Positions 19,039 to 27,751 of a stretch of DNA of 64,000 nucleotides are shown here, one piece after another (within the stretch, counting starts at the first letter, position 1; every line of letters begins with the position of its first letter). The stretch is from a virus (Duplodnaviria; Caudoviricetes): positions 1-64,000 of IMG/VR virus record IMGVR_UViG_3300037400_001189; one strand, 5' to 3'. The translations under genes were made by a program, and so were the position numbers. A model generated the notes under the pieces. The model was given only the letters and a program-made list of their open reading frames with translations, made no database searches and was not told the origin of the DNA.

Positions 19039-19461
19039 TCAGAAAGGGTATCCTTTCTTTAGTGCTGAAAGCAGTTCCTGAGTCTGGCTGTAGATCGCCT
19101 TGCTGAGCAGAATGTTCGGATCGTCTTCAAGCACTTCAGGCTCTATTACATATGGAACTATTTCCTTTGACTTGGATATTCTGGAGTTTCTTATTTCCTC
19201 CATGCCATCACTTATCATTTCCTTTATTGGATTGAACCACATGCGTACAGTTATGATGCTTAGCATTATGCATCCCGGCAGTATGGTCATGCATGCCATT
19301 ATCATGAGATATAGCTTGTCTCCTTTGCATCCTAAGGTTTCCTGAACTGTCTCATATCCTAAATATCCAAGCATCATTAAGGAGGCTATGAGAACAAGCA
19401 GAAAGCAGCATGCAAAGACTATTTGAAACGTTCCATGTATCCTTTTATCCATCATGTCCAT
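19039..19461 (-). CDS. Membrane protein with two predicted TM helices
   Basis: Two long hydrophobic stretches. Confidence 0.7.
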   Translation of the reverse strand: MDMMDKRIHGTFQIVFACCFLLVLIASLMMLGYLGYETVQETLGCKGDKLYLMIMACMTILPGCIMLSIITVRMWFNPIKEMISDGMEEIRNSRISKSKEIVPYVIEPEVLEDDPNILLSKAIYSQTQELLSALKKGYPF

Positions 19462-21310
19462 GGTAATACCGTTTAGACTCCTCTATCTGCCTGTCTTTGG
19501 AGAAGTTTGATATTCTCCTTAGATAGCCGATAATTCTAGTGGCATAGTCCAAGTCTGCAGAACCGCAGGAAGGACAGTACTTCAAGGTATGCTTGTCGAT
19601 ATGTCCACACTGGTTGCAGATTGTAATCTTCACGTTGGTAGTCCAGTAGCTGCACCCTACCTGTGCAGCTATGTCCAGAAGCTTTTCATAGGTTTCCTTG
19701 TCTGGATATTCTTCAAGCTGAAGATGGCATGCAGAACCTCCATCCAGATAGTCTACAATTTCCTTTCCATGAAGAACCATCTTGTCAAGAATGGTTATGT
19801 CTTCAGATTCAGATGGGAAGAAATAGGAATTGTAGCAGTCTCTTGGAACATAGTATCCATCCTTCTTGTCCCATTGGGCAAACTTGACTCCAAGGGATTC
19901 GCCGGGAACCATTTCAGTGTTGATTTTAACTCCTGCATGCTTCCTGCATGTTTCCTTGTTGCAGTCGCTGATGGCTTCAAGAATGGCTGCACAGAACGAC
20001 TTATATTCCTGATTGTTGGAAGGCTCTATTCCGCATGCTTCTGCAGCTTCCACTAGACCATTGATGCCAATGGTAAGAAACTGCTTGTCAAGGGAAATGT
20101 AGCCTGCATCGTATACAGGAAGCATTCCTCCTGCCTGCAGATCCTTGAACAGAGATCTGTAAGCTAGCTGATACTTGTGCATGAGGAATATCTGTTTTTT
20201 CAGTTCAGGAACCAGATCATCTCTTACGTCTACTACAGGATTTATTCTGGAATATACGTCTTGAGTGAATCTATTCAGATTGAGAGATATTACGTTCATT
20301 GAACCAGTCTGAACTCCTCCTGCTCCCAATGAATAGGAGAAGTCATTTTTGATTTCTTCCAGCTGGTCTCCAATGTAGTTCCTGAGACGGCAGCAGGAAG
20401 AGAGACTGTCTACAGTATCTGAAGTGTAGATAAAGAAAGAATTGCCTTCAGATAGTTCTTGTGCAGTGAATTCTCTATAATCCTTGTCCAGTACACTATG
20501 TCCATCGTGCAGAAGAGCTACGGTTACTACAGGGAAAGTAAGAAGAGCCTTGGTACGTTCCTTGTTGAACCATTTCATGAAGAACTTCTGCAGCTTGTCT
20601 ACGGATTCCCATTTAGGCTTGTCTCCGTCTGGGAAATAGAAGTTTCCAAACAGGGAATCAAAATAGAACTTGTCAAAGATTGACACGTTCCAAAACACGG
20701 ATTGAAAACCGCGTGCAGATGCAGGCTGGTTAAGAGCATACACAGTCTGCTGAAGCTCCTGAGTCACTTCATGCTCATGCGTATCCAGATAGTCGTCTCC
20801 ATAGTCCTTTCTTGCAAAGTGATCGAAGCACAGGAAGTATTCTACGGTAGCTACTGCTCCTGCAAACTGGGAAGATATTGCAAAGATAAGATTGATGAAT
20901 CCGCCATTGAATGAAGACAGATGCCTAGGTGCCTTGGATTCCCCACCAAATGCTTTCAGTCCATCCGTGAGAAACGGATACATGGAAATAGCTACGCAAT
21001 AGGGAAGAAAGGCGCTAGTTTCGTCATGAGCATAAATAAGGTGGTCTTCAAGCTGCTTAATATACGTTTCAGCAATCTCATCTCCATACAGTTCCTTAAT
21101 TTTTCTAGTTACCAAGCCTCTCTTGACCTGAATGTTGATATCCTTGTTTAATTCAGCAAGCATGGTAGCTACGTTCTTGTTGGATACATTGCTGTTAGCG
21201 TCAAAGGTGCTTCCAGTAGCTGCATTGGAAGCCCCTATATAGCTGTCGATGAAGTCTAGTTTAGTTTTTAGCTGTGATTCGGACAGCCTGCACATTTTAG
21301 CTTTTGCCAT
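19445..21310 (-). CDS. nrdD: Class III anaerobic ribonucleoside-triphosphate reductase
   Basis: PYCVAIS, SCCRL, TGSMNVISLNL, PGESLG, CxxC...CxxC Zn site, RIIGYL glycyl-radical motif. Confidence 0.96.
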   Translation of the reverse strand: MAKAKMCRLSESQLKTKLDFIDSYIGASNAATGSTFDANSNVSNKNVATMLAELNKDINIQVKRGLVTRKIKELYGDEIAETYIKQLEDHLIYAHDETSAFLPYCVAISMYPFLTDGLKAFGGESKAPRHLSSFNGGFINLIFAISSQFAGAVATVEYFLCFDHFARKDYGDDYLDTHEHEVTQELQQTVYALNQPASARGFQSVFWNVSIFDKFYFDSLFGNFYFPDGDKPKWESVDKLQKFFMKWFNKERTKALLTFPVVTVALLHDGHSVLDKDYREFTAQELSEGNSFFIYTSDTVDSLSSCCRLRNYIGDQLEEIKNDFSYSLGAGGVQTGSMNVISLNLNRFTQDVYSRINPVVDVRDDLVPELKKQIFLMHKYQLAYRSLFKDLQAGGMLPVYDAGYISLDKQFLTIGINGLVEAAEACGIEPSNNQEYKSFCAAILEAISDCNKETCRKHAGVKINTEMVPGESLGVKFAQWDKKDGYYVPRDCYNSYFFPSESEDITILDKMVLHGKEIVDYLDGGSACHLQLEEYPDKETYEKLLDIAAQVGCSYWTTNVKITICNQCGHIDKHTLKYCPSCGSADLDYATRIIGYLRRISNFSKDRQIEESKRYYHGHDG

Positions 21311-21318
21311 TGCACCTC

Positions 21319-21807
21319 CTATCGGGTGCCTGAACTGCCGAAGCCTTCAGCACCCCTTTCAGTTGAGTCTAATGTCTGAACTTCAATCATCTGCATGAGA
21401 TAGGATTTCTCTATGCAGAACTGGCCTATCCTGTCTCCCTTGGAGATGTTGAATTCATAGTCGTTGGAGTTGTGCATGATAACTCCAATGCTGCCACGAT
21501 AGGTTTCGTCTATGGTTCCAGTATGAACAAACAGTCCTCTTGACGCTAAACCGCTTCTTCCTCTTACTATGCCGTGATAGCCTCTGGGGAGCTGCACGGC
21601 TATGTTGGAGTGAACTATGGTAGTGTCGTGAGGATAAACTACGATATCTACATCCGAATAGATATCTAGGCAAGCATCTCCTTCACGGGAATACTTGAAG
21701 GGAATGGCAGTGTCTGTAAGCTTTTTAAAACATACCTGAGCTAGAGTACGGTTAGACGATACTCCAAATTCTACATATGAAACGTCTGTTACTGTTGGGT
21801 TGAGCAT
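21319..21807 (-). CDS. dut: Trimeric dUTPase
   Basis: GRSGLA, GTIDETYRG, GDRIGQ, RGAEGFGSSG. Confidence 0.95.
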   Translation of the reverse strand: MLNPTVTDVSYVEFGVSSNRTLAQVCFKKLTDTAIPFKYSREGDACLDIYSDVDIVVYPHDTTIVHSNIAVQLPRGYHGIVRGRSGLASRGLFVHTGTIDETYRGSIGVIMHNSNDYEFNISKGDRIGQFCIEKSYLMQMIEVQTLDSTERGAEGFGSSGTR

Positions 21808-22907
21808 TTATCCTCCAGAGAAGCTATTGCATTCTCTATGTCTTCTAGGGAGGCTCCATTAGGAACCTCTGCAGTGTCGTACCAGTTGTAGCCTATCTCT
21901 CCTACTGCTTCGTTATGAACTATCTGGTCTTCCAGAAAGTCTGCAGTCATTATAGGGATGATAGTATCATTTACCCATTTAACTAGCTCTGCATCCTTGT
22001 CAATGTGAATATAGAGAGCATCGTAGATGGAAGAGATAACTTCCACTCTATTTTCTAGATGGTTCTCTGCTATCTTTTCATTGAATCTATGAAGAGAGAG
22101 AAGAGATAGAATTGACCAGAACTGCGAACAGGCATTGAACACTGTCCGTATTTCCTTTTCAGGATGGTCTGTAGTGATTCTGCATCCTAATCCTAATGGG
22201 ATATAACCTTTGCTTTTAGCCTTGACTAGAACAGTGCTTCTCATCTTGTCTACTCCCTTGTACAGTTCATCGTGATATCTATGAAAGATATTCTCTGCCT
22301 GTTCTAGAGAGCATTTAATGGAAGAAGCTACTTTCTCAGGATATGCGCCGTAGTTTAATCCGAAGCTAACTGGTTTAGACTTTTGGCGTATAGCCTTCAA
22401 TGCCTTATTGCCATTGTCTACTTCTCTTTTAAATCTCTTTACGAATGCATAGAGGTCTTCTCCTTCTTCTCTAGGAAGAATGGCTTCTACTTCATCTGTA
22501 AAATAGTAGTAGGCATTCAAACAGTGACCATCTATGCCTTGAGTGAAGATTGCACATTTATTCTTGTCTCTGGACAGATTGGCTATTACCCTGTCTTCTA
22601 GAGCAGAGAAGTCAACTTGATAGATTAAATGGTCTTTGTCTGTAGACAAGCATTGTTTGATTGGCTTTGCATAGACAGAACCAGTGGAAGGAGCATTTAA
22701 TAAATTAGGAGCAGAAGAAGTGAGACGAAATGTTTTAGTACCAAACAGTTTGAAAGAACCGTACAGCCTCCCATTAACAGTATTGTCATAGAAAGCTTTA
22801 ATGAAGTTGTTTCTAATGATAGCTGCATTGCTGTAATCTAGCATAGCATTAACTACTTCCTTTAGCTGTTTCAGTTCTTCCAGAGACAAATCGCTTACTA
22901 TAGGCAT
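21789..22907 (-). CDS. polA: Family A DNA polymerase, palm/fingers fragment
   Basis: TFRLTSSAPNLLN, motif A VDFSALEDR, motif B RQKSKPVSFGLNYG, motif C IYDAL. Confidence 0.9.
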   Translation of the reverse strand: MPIVSDLSLEELKQLKEVVNAMLDYSNAAIIRNNFIKAFYDNTVNGRLYGSFKLFGTKTFRLTSSAPNLLNAPSTGSVYAKPIKQCLSTDKDHLIYQVDFSALEDRVIANLSRDKNKCAIFTQGIDGHCLNAYYYFTDEVEAILPREEGEDLYAFVKRFKREVDNGNKALKAIRQKSKPVSFGLNYGAYPEKVASSIKCSLEQAENIFHRYHDELYKGVDKMRSTVLVKAKSKGYIPLGLGCRITTDHPEKEIRTVFNACSQFWSILSLLSLHRFNEKIAENHLENRVEVISSIYDALYIHIDKDAELVKWVNDTIIPIMTADFLEDQIVHNEAVGEIGYNWYDTAEVPNGASLEDIENAIASLEDKCSTQQ

Positions 22908-23224
22908 TACAGTTCATCACTCTTTTCATCAAAGATTTCGTTAGGCTTAAGCCAGCTGTACATATCAGCAAAATAAGCATAGCCTGCAATGTCCACTGCA
23001 TTGTCTTGATTCCACTGGTCTAGATCTGGATGGATTCTAGCTATCTTTAACAGCATCATCATTACGGCTACGTCTCTAGGACGTATGTCTATGCCTAGAA
23101 AAGTACTCCAGTATCTAGATATTAAGACAAATACATCTTCAGGATATCCACCACGTTTGCCAGAAATGATGTCCAATGCCTGACTAAGAACATTCTTTGT
23201 TTCCATTCTGTTCTCCTTGCTCAA
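22907..23224 (-). CDS. DUF6378-like small protein
   Basis: ALDIISGKR...YWSTFL...DVAVMMMLLKIAR...DNAVDIAGYA. Confidence 0.7.
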   Translation of the reverse strand: MSKENRMETKNVLSQALDIISGKRGGYPEDVFVLISRYWSTFLGIDIRPRDVAVMMMLLKIARIHPDLDQWNQDNAVDIAGYAYFADMYSWLKPNEIFDEKSDEL

Positions 23225-23990
23225 TTAAAGTATCTAGAAGCTTGTTAAGCTTCTCCAGTTCATCCCTGTTCCAGCAGGGATTGCCTTTGCCAGTAGTAGC
23301 TTCAGACTGTATGCCAAGAGAGGAGAAGAATTCCGTCTTCTGCTTTGCAGAACCACAATTGAATTCTTCTGCTTCTTCAGTCATAGCCTTGGTAAGCCTA
23401 GGCTCTATTTTGCTCTTATAGTAAATATCATACTTGTCTGAAGCTAGCTTAAGCATTGCTCTATGCTTTAAATCGTCTAAGCTTTTATGCTCAGGTTCTT
23501 CCAATAAAAGAGAAAGAACAGGATCCTTATGTACCTTTAGAAGAAGCTTCAGATCTTTTAGAGTCCATTCAGGCTGATAGTAATCCATTTGATTCGTATC
23601 TTTCAGTCTCTGATTAACTAGATAGCTTCTATGAATCTTGTTAGATGGATTGCATTCCTTTGGAGTGAAGTCTTCTACAGTCTTTGCCTTCTGCTGTATG
23701 CTAGTGCATTTTACAGCTTGAGACATTGCAGATTGTTCCTGTCTAAACTTCTGCATAAGAGGATTCTGAAGCATAGTATGCTGTACGTTAGCTAATACGT
23801 CTTCTACGGTATCTTCTAGAACTCTGACTTTGGAAAGGTCTATTGGAATGCCTGCATTTTGCATTTTAATAATATCCGGAAGAAGCATTGAAACTATATG
23901 GTCATAGAACCATTTGCCATCCTGTTCAGGAGGCACTTCCATAGGTCTAGGAATAGGTAGATATTCAGACATTTCATTCATATCTTCCAT
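23184..23990 (-). CDS. Family A DNA polymerase, linker/thumb fragment
   Basis: MQNAGIPIDL (post-exonuclease GxxxD) and FNCGSAKQKTEFFSSLG...TTGKG...LEKL (thumb). Confidence 0.75.
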   Translation of the reverse strand: MEDMNEMSEYLPIPRPMEVPPEQDGKWFYDHIVSMLLPDIIKMQNAGIPIDLSKVRVLEDTVEDVLANVQHTMLQNPLMQKFRQEQSAMSQAVKCTSIQQKAKTVEDFTPKECNPSNKIHRSYLVNQRLKDTNQMDYYQPEWTLKDLKLLLKVHKDPVLSLLLEEPEHKSLDDLKHRAMLKLASDKYDIYYKSKIEPRLTKAMTEEAEEFNCGSAKQKTEFFSSLGIQSEATTGKGNPCWNRDELEKLNKLLDTLIEQGEQNGNKECS

Positions 23991-24649
23991 GCCTCCAAGT
24001 CTTTGAGTATGTCCTGATACAGTGCATAAGTTGCACAGGCATCAGTAGCTGAATATTCAAGCATATAATCCTTATTCTGCTCTTCAAGAGTGAAACTGTC
24101 TTTAGACAGTCCCCATTTGGAATACTTGTAGGACATTAATGTTTTCAAGCCAGTTTCTCCCTTGAGATGGTCTGCATTGTTGAGAATAGATTTAGCTAGA
24201 AGCTGAGTGTCTATTACATGCTTGGGAAGCTTATGAGTATAGTAGTAGATTATGCCTCCATCATAACCAAAGTTATGAAAGAGCATTGTCTTGTCTGTAT
24301 TGACAAGAAATCTCATTAGCATGTCTACCATGTTAGGGTCTTCACAGACTAGAACATAAGCATCGTGGTCAGACCATGCCACTGACAGATGGGTAACTGT
24401 AGTTAATGATGGATGTGATAGACCTGTACTGTTGACTGATTGCTTAAGCAGACGCTTCTCTTCTCTAGACAGAACAGGAGAGAACTTATCCAGTCTCCAC
24501 TGATCCATCTTCTTTTGAGAGCCATCTGCTCTTGGAGCCACTTCAAAGTCAGCAGCAAACAGGTCTGGAAGGCTTTCAAGCCATTTGCTTCCCCAGTATG
24601 TGCTAGACGTGCTCTTGAAGCTTACATGCAGCGGCTGAGAGCTTGTCAT
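23978..24649 (-). CDS. 3'-5' exonuclease domain of the family A DNA polymerase
   Basis: ExoI ADFE, ExoII FHNFGYD, DTQLLA, GLK, ExoIII YSATDA. Confidence 0.85.
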   Translation of the reverse strand: MTSSQPLHVSFKSTSSTYWGSKWLESLPDLFAADFEVAPRADGSQKKMDQWRLDKFSPVLSREEKRLLKQSVNSTGLSHPSLTTVTHLSVAWSDHDAYVLVCEDPNMVDMLMRFLVNTDKTMLFHNFGYDGGIIYYYTHKLPKHVIDTQLLAKSILNNADHLKGETGLKTLMSYKYSKWGLSKDSFTLEEQNKDYMLEYSATDACATYALYQDILKDLEAWKI

Positions 24650-24866
24650 AGACTGTGTTCCTTATGTATTCCTTAATAGGACCAAGAGCATCGTACCATG
24701 AAACAGGGATATTCTCTGCATTGATAGTAATATTATTGTTTTTAATGTTAAATTCGTATTCTAGCAGAAATGGATAGTCGTTAATAGTGCAGATGACTGA
24801 ACCAGTGCATTTATGCAGTTCATTTACATTTGCAAAGAAACAGTTGACATTAATTGGTTCACTCAT
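24603..24866 (-). CDS. Hypothetical protein, paralogue of 24876-25148
   Basis: HKCTGSVICTIN...LEYEFNI. Confidence 0.7.
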   Translation of the reverse strand: MSEPINVNCFFANVNELHKCTGSVICTINDYPFLLEYEFNIKNNNITINAENIPVSWYDALGPIKEYIRNTVYDKLSAAACKLQEHV

Positions 24867-24875
24867 GAAATCCTC

Positions 24876-25148
24876 CTAAAATTTACAGAGATAGCTTCTA
24901 AGCTGATTCTTAATAAATTTCTTTATTTCATCTAGGTGTCTATATGCTTCATCTAAATTAAAGCCTGATATATTGAAGGTATTAAGGTCATCCATAGTAA
25001 CATCATACTCATATTCAACCTTATAGTTGTTTCCATTAATATGGCATACTACGTTGCCTTTGCACTTGTGAGTTTCATGAATCTCTACTGCAAAAGGAAT
25101 AAATGTATCTTTCTCTTTAAGTTCTTCAGCTTCCATCGTTATCTCCAT
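24876..25148 (-). CDS. Hypothetical protein, paralogue of 24603-24866
   Basis: HKCKGNVVCHIN...VEYEYDV. Confidence 0.7.
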   Translation of the reverse strand: MEITMEAEELKEKDTFIPFAVEIHETHKCKGNVVCHINGNNYKVEYEYDVTMDDLNTFNISGFNLDEAYRHLDEIKKFIKNQLRSYLCKF

Positions 25149-25353
25149 ATTGGTGGTTTTCCTGATAAAAAAAGAGTGCTCTATATTTCAAGAGCACTCT
25201 AATAGCAATGTACGACTTCCGTGCTTCAGTTGCCGTACCTCCTCTACTCCTATAGCACTCAAGTATCCGGTCATGGAGGATTGGAGTCAGGACTTTTAAG
25301 CAGTAGTGCTCATTTAAGTAGTTCGCTGCTGCCTGAAAAAGATTGTTAAACAT
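25126..25353 (-). CDS. Hypothetical protein
   Basis: Fits the operon packing. Confidence 0.55.
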   Translation of the reverse strand: MFNNLFQAAANYLNEHYCLKVLTPILHDRILECYRSRGGTATEARKSYIAIRVLLKYRALFFYQENHQYGDNDGS

Positions 25354-25374
25354 AACCTAATGCACTTTAAGGTT

Positions 25375-25686
25375 CTATTCATGTTCCTTATCTAGTCTGC
25401 ATTCTTTGCCTTCCTTGCATTGACTTATCACATCCTGCTGATTTTCATATGGATCAGTTTTCAATGCATCGTAGACAGTCTCTCCAACTACAGTTCCAGC
25501 TGCAGCTCCTCCCATTGAACTGAATGCAGTTCCCCAATGGCTAGAAGTTCTTGCTGGAGCTTTTCTAGTCATCATACGCATGACTCTTATATAGCTTCCT
25601 CTTCGTGCATCTGCACAGTCGGCTAATGCAAGACTTCCTGCCATAGCGACAATCAATGCAATGGAACATAGCTTAAGAAGTTTCAT
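25375..25686 (-). CDS. Hypothetical protein with a signal peptide-like N-terminus
   Basis: MKLLK followed by a hydrophobic helix; GGAG SD. Confidence 0.65.
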   Translation of the reverse strand: MKLLKLCSIALIVAMAGSLALADCADARRGSYIRVMRMMTRKAPARTSSHWGTAFSSMGGAAAGTVVGETVYDALKTDPYENQQDVISQCKEGKECRLDKEHE

Positions 25687-25705
25687 GGAATTCTCCTAAT
25701 ATGAG

Positions 25706-25777
25706 AGCCAGAGGCAGGACTTGAACTTGCAACTTTGAGATTACAAGACTCTTGCTCTACCGTTGAGCTACTCCGGC
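25706..25777 (-). tRNA. tRNA-Thr(UGU), possibly degenerate
   Basis: GCCGGAG/CTCTGGC acceptor stem, D arm GCTC/GAGC, CT-TGT-AA loop, TTCAAGT T loop; mismatches in the anticodon and T stems; no CCA. Confidence 0.7.
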
Positions 25778-25856
25778 AGAAATTTGAAGAGGACAATTAG
25801 GCTTCCGGTTTCGGCTCTGCCTCTATCGCGAGGCGGTCTACTCCCGGAAGCGTTGT

Positions 25857-25890
25857 AAAAAGGAGGGGTCCATCACCTCCCCTCCTTTTA
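25857..25890. terminator. Intrinsic terminator, possibly bidirectional
   Basis: aaaaaggagggg...cccctccttt hairpin with A and T tails. Confidence 0.75.
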
Positions 25891-25893
25891 TGC

Positions 25894-26073
25894 CTACCGA
25901 TCCTTCTCTCTTTCGGTACCTCTGTGCCTAGGCTTGTACTTGTACAGAGGACATTCCTTGATGCTGCATAGACGTGCTTGTGCCACATCATTGCCGCAGC
26001 AGTCAACACATTTGTTGTAGCAGGCTTTCTTGATGGTTCTAAGCTCTTTTTCCAGTTCAGTCTTTGTACTCAT
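25894..26073 (-). CDS. Small Cys-rich protein (59 aa, MSTKTELEKELRTIKKACYNKCVDCCG...CSIKECPLY), paralogue of 26057-26287
   Basis: Translated by hand (below the track cutoff); shares KCxxCxG...CSxKECPLYxYK. Confidence 0.75.
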   Translation of the reverse strand: MSTKTELEKELRTIKKACYNKCVDCCGNDVAQARLCSIKECPLYKYKPRHRGTEREKDR

Positions 26074-26287
26074 ACAATGGACATTCCTTGAAGGAGCAGG
26101 AAGCTACCTTGTCATGGTAGCCTCCTACGCATGCAATGCACTTAGCTTTGATAGCCTTCTTCATAAGCTCTTCTGCCGTAAGCTTTGCAGGAGACTTTAC
26201 TTCCTTGACTTCTTCAGTCTTCACTTCTGATTTCTTGACCATCGAATCTCTCCTGAGGAATGGCACCTCTATAGTACCTTCCTCCAA
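26057..26287 (-). CDS. Small Cys-rich putative zinc-binding protein
   Basis: KCIACVGG...CSFKECPLYEYK. Confidence 0.7.
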   Translation of the reverse strand: MEEGTIEVPFLRRDSMVKKSEVKTEEVKEVKSPAKLTAEELMKKAIKAKCIACVGGYHDKVASCSFKECPLYEYKD

Positions 26288-26732
26288 TGTTTGAGTTAAT
26301 GTAGCTGGGATCTACAATGGCATCGTACTTGAAGAGATTCTTTTCTTCCAGATACGTCAATTCAAGTTTTGAAAAGGCGAAAGCCAGTATTGCACGTTCT
26401 ACCGGCTTTCTGCCTTTAACTTCCTTTGAACTGCCTTTGTAGGACTTCCAGTTGGATTCAAGCTTGATAATGTCATATCTCTGCCTGAATCCCTTTCCTG
26501 TATTTCTAAACTTAATGCTTACTATGGCATCCTTGCGCTTGTTAGCCTCAGACTTCACAGTACGCAATGAATACAGGCTTTTCTTTCCGATGTACAGGGT
26601 TCCATCTTCAAATAGTATTCTATAGACGAACCCTGTACATCCTTCTGGAAAGTCCTTTAGAGACAGATACTTCTTTATTTCCTTGCCATGTACCTGAACC
26701 CAGTCTGGTAGACTAGAGCGGGTTGTCATCAA
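26214..26732 (-). CDS. GIY-YIG family endonuclease
   Basis: GFVY...LYIGKK, WKSYKGSS, E...YINSNIGG. Confidence 0.75.
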   Translation of the reverse strand: MMTTRSSLPDWVQVHGKEIKKYLSLKDFPEGCTGFVYRILFEDGTLYIGKKSLYSLRTVKSEANKRKDAIVSIKFRNTGKGFRQRYDIIKLESNWKSYKGSSKEVKGRKPVERAILAFAFSKLELTYLEEKNLFKYDAIVDPSYINSNIGGRYYRGAIPQERFDGQEIRSED

Positions 26733-27750
26733 TCTTCTTAAGAGTGTTTTCGTTTACCCACCATGTCATGTCATTAATAAAGAGCTTGATATGATAGGTA
26801 AGATCAGGATCGTTACGGTCAATGGCAACCACAGTGCCTGTAGTCCACTGGTCATTGCTGTAGTCGCCACGGTACCAGACCTTCTCGCCTTCCTTGAACT
26901 TGTAGTCTACAGGTGCGTCTTCTTCCTTTTTGCTGCTAGTATCGACACAGGCTTCACGAAGCTGGTCAAGCTTGCACCAAAGGTAATCTTTGTCTCCGTC
27001 TTCATCAATGAAGTCTACACGGTAGATATAGCTGTCACCCTTCTTTTCCTTAGTGGAAATTTCAGCAAGAGTGCCACGGAACCACTTGTCTCTCATAAGA
27101 TAGAGGAATTCAACTGCATCACCTTCCTTGAAACTAGTCTTAGCAGTAGCCTTTGTAAAAGTCATTTCCTCATTATAAGGAATGCAATAGCGATACTTGG
27201 AAGTAAGAGTAATGTAAGGATACTCTGCTTTATCACCGTCTTCGTCTTCAGGGACAAAGCGGATGAAAAGATCAGGATTCCATTCCTGATCAATAGAATC
27301 ACGAACAAGAACACGGTCAAAGGTTTCGAATTCATAAGAAGTTTCGTTAGACATAGCAGTCTCCTTTAAATTAGTTTGATGGGTATTGTCAGTCTCTTCG
27401 ATAGAATTTTGTTCATCAAAAAGACGTTTTCTCTCTTTATATAACCAGTCTTCAAATTTCATGGCTACTTTTTTAGGTGGAACAGCTTTATTCCATACAG
27501 TTTCCCCTATTGAATATTCAAATTCATATTTTTCTCTAGGTATAGATTCACATTTTGAAAGCCAAGCATATGGATAATTTTCAATCCATACTTTATAAAT
27601 ATTATCTTTATACTCTATGAAAGCATAAAAATCATTTTCTTTTATAAGCTTTCCTTCATCTATAAAGCTGCCTACCAAATAGCCTATCATGTCACTTGAT
27701 GGATAGATTCTGTTGGCAAAGAACCATTTTATTTTTTTAAATGCATTCAT
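26713..27750 (-). CDS. Multi-module hypothetical protein with repeated SH3/Tudor-like units
   Basis: Three units start FETFDRVLV, FKEGDAVEF and FKEGEKVWY, each followed by a W-x-x-G-like motif. Confidence 0.65.
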   Translation of the reverse strand: MNAFKKIKWFFANRIYPSSDMIGYLVGSFIDEGKLIKENDFYAFIEYKDNIYKVWIENYPYAWLSKCESIPREKYEFEYSIGETVWNKAVPPKKVAMKFEDWLYKERKRLFDEQNSIEETDNTHQTNLKETAMSNETSYEFETFDRVLVRDSIDQEWNPDLFIRFVPEDEDGDKAEYPYITLTSKYRYCIPYNEEMTFTKATAKTSFKEGDAVEFLYLMRDKWFRGTLAEISTKEKKGDSYIYRVDFIDEDGDKDYLWCKLDQLREACVDTSSKKEEDAPVDYKFKEGEKVWYRGDYSNDQWTTGTVVAIDRNDPDLTYHIKLFINDMTWWVNENTLKKIDDNPL

Positions 27751-27751
27751 G

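Noticed and set aside
21789-24649. Group I intron, intein or programmed frameshift explaining the PolA split
   Set aside because: No intron core or LAGLIDADG/HNH ORF seen; fragments have their own SD or TAATG coupling
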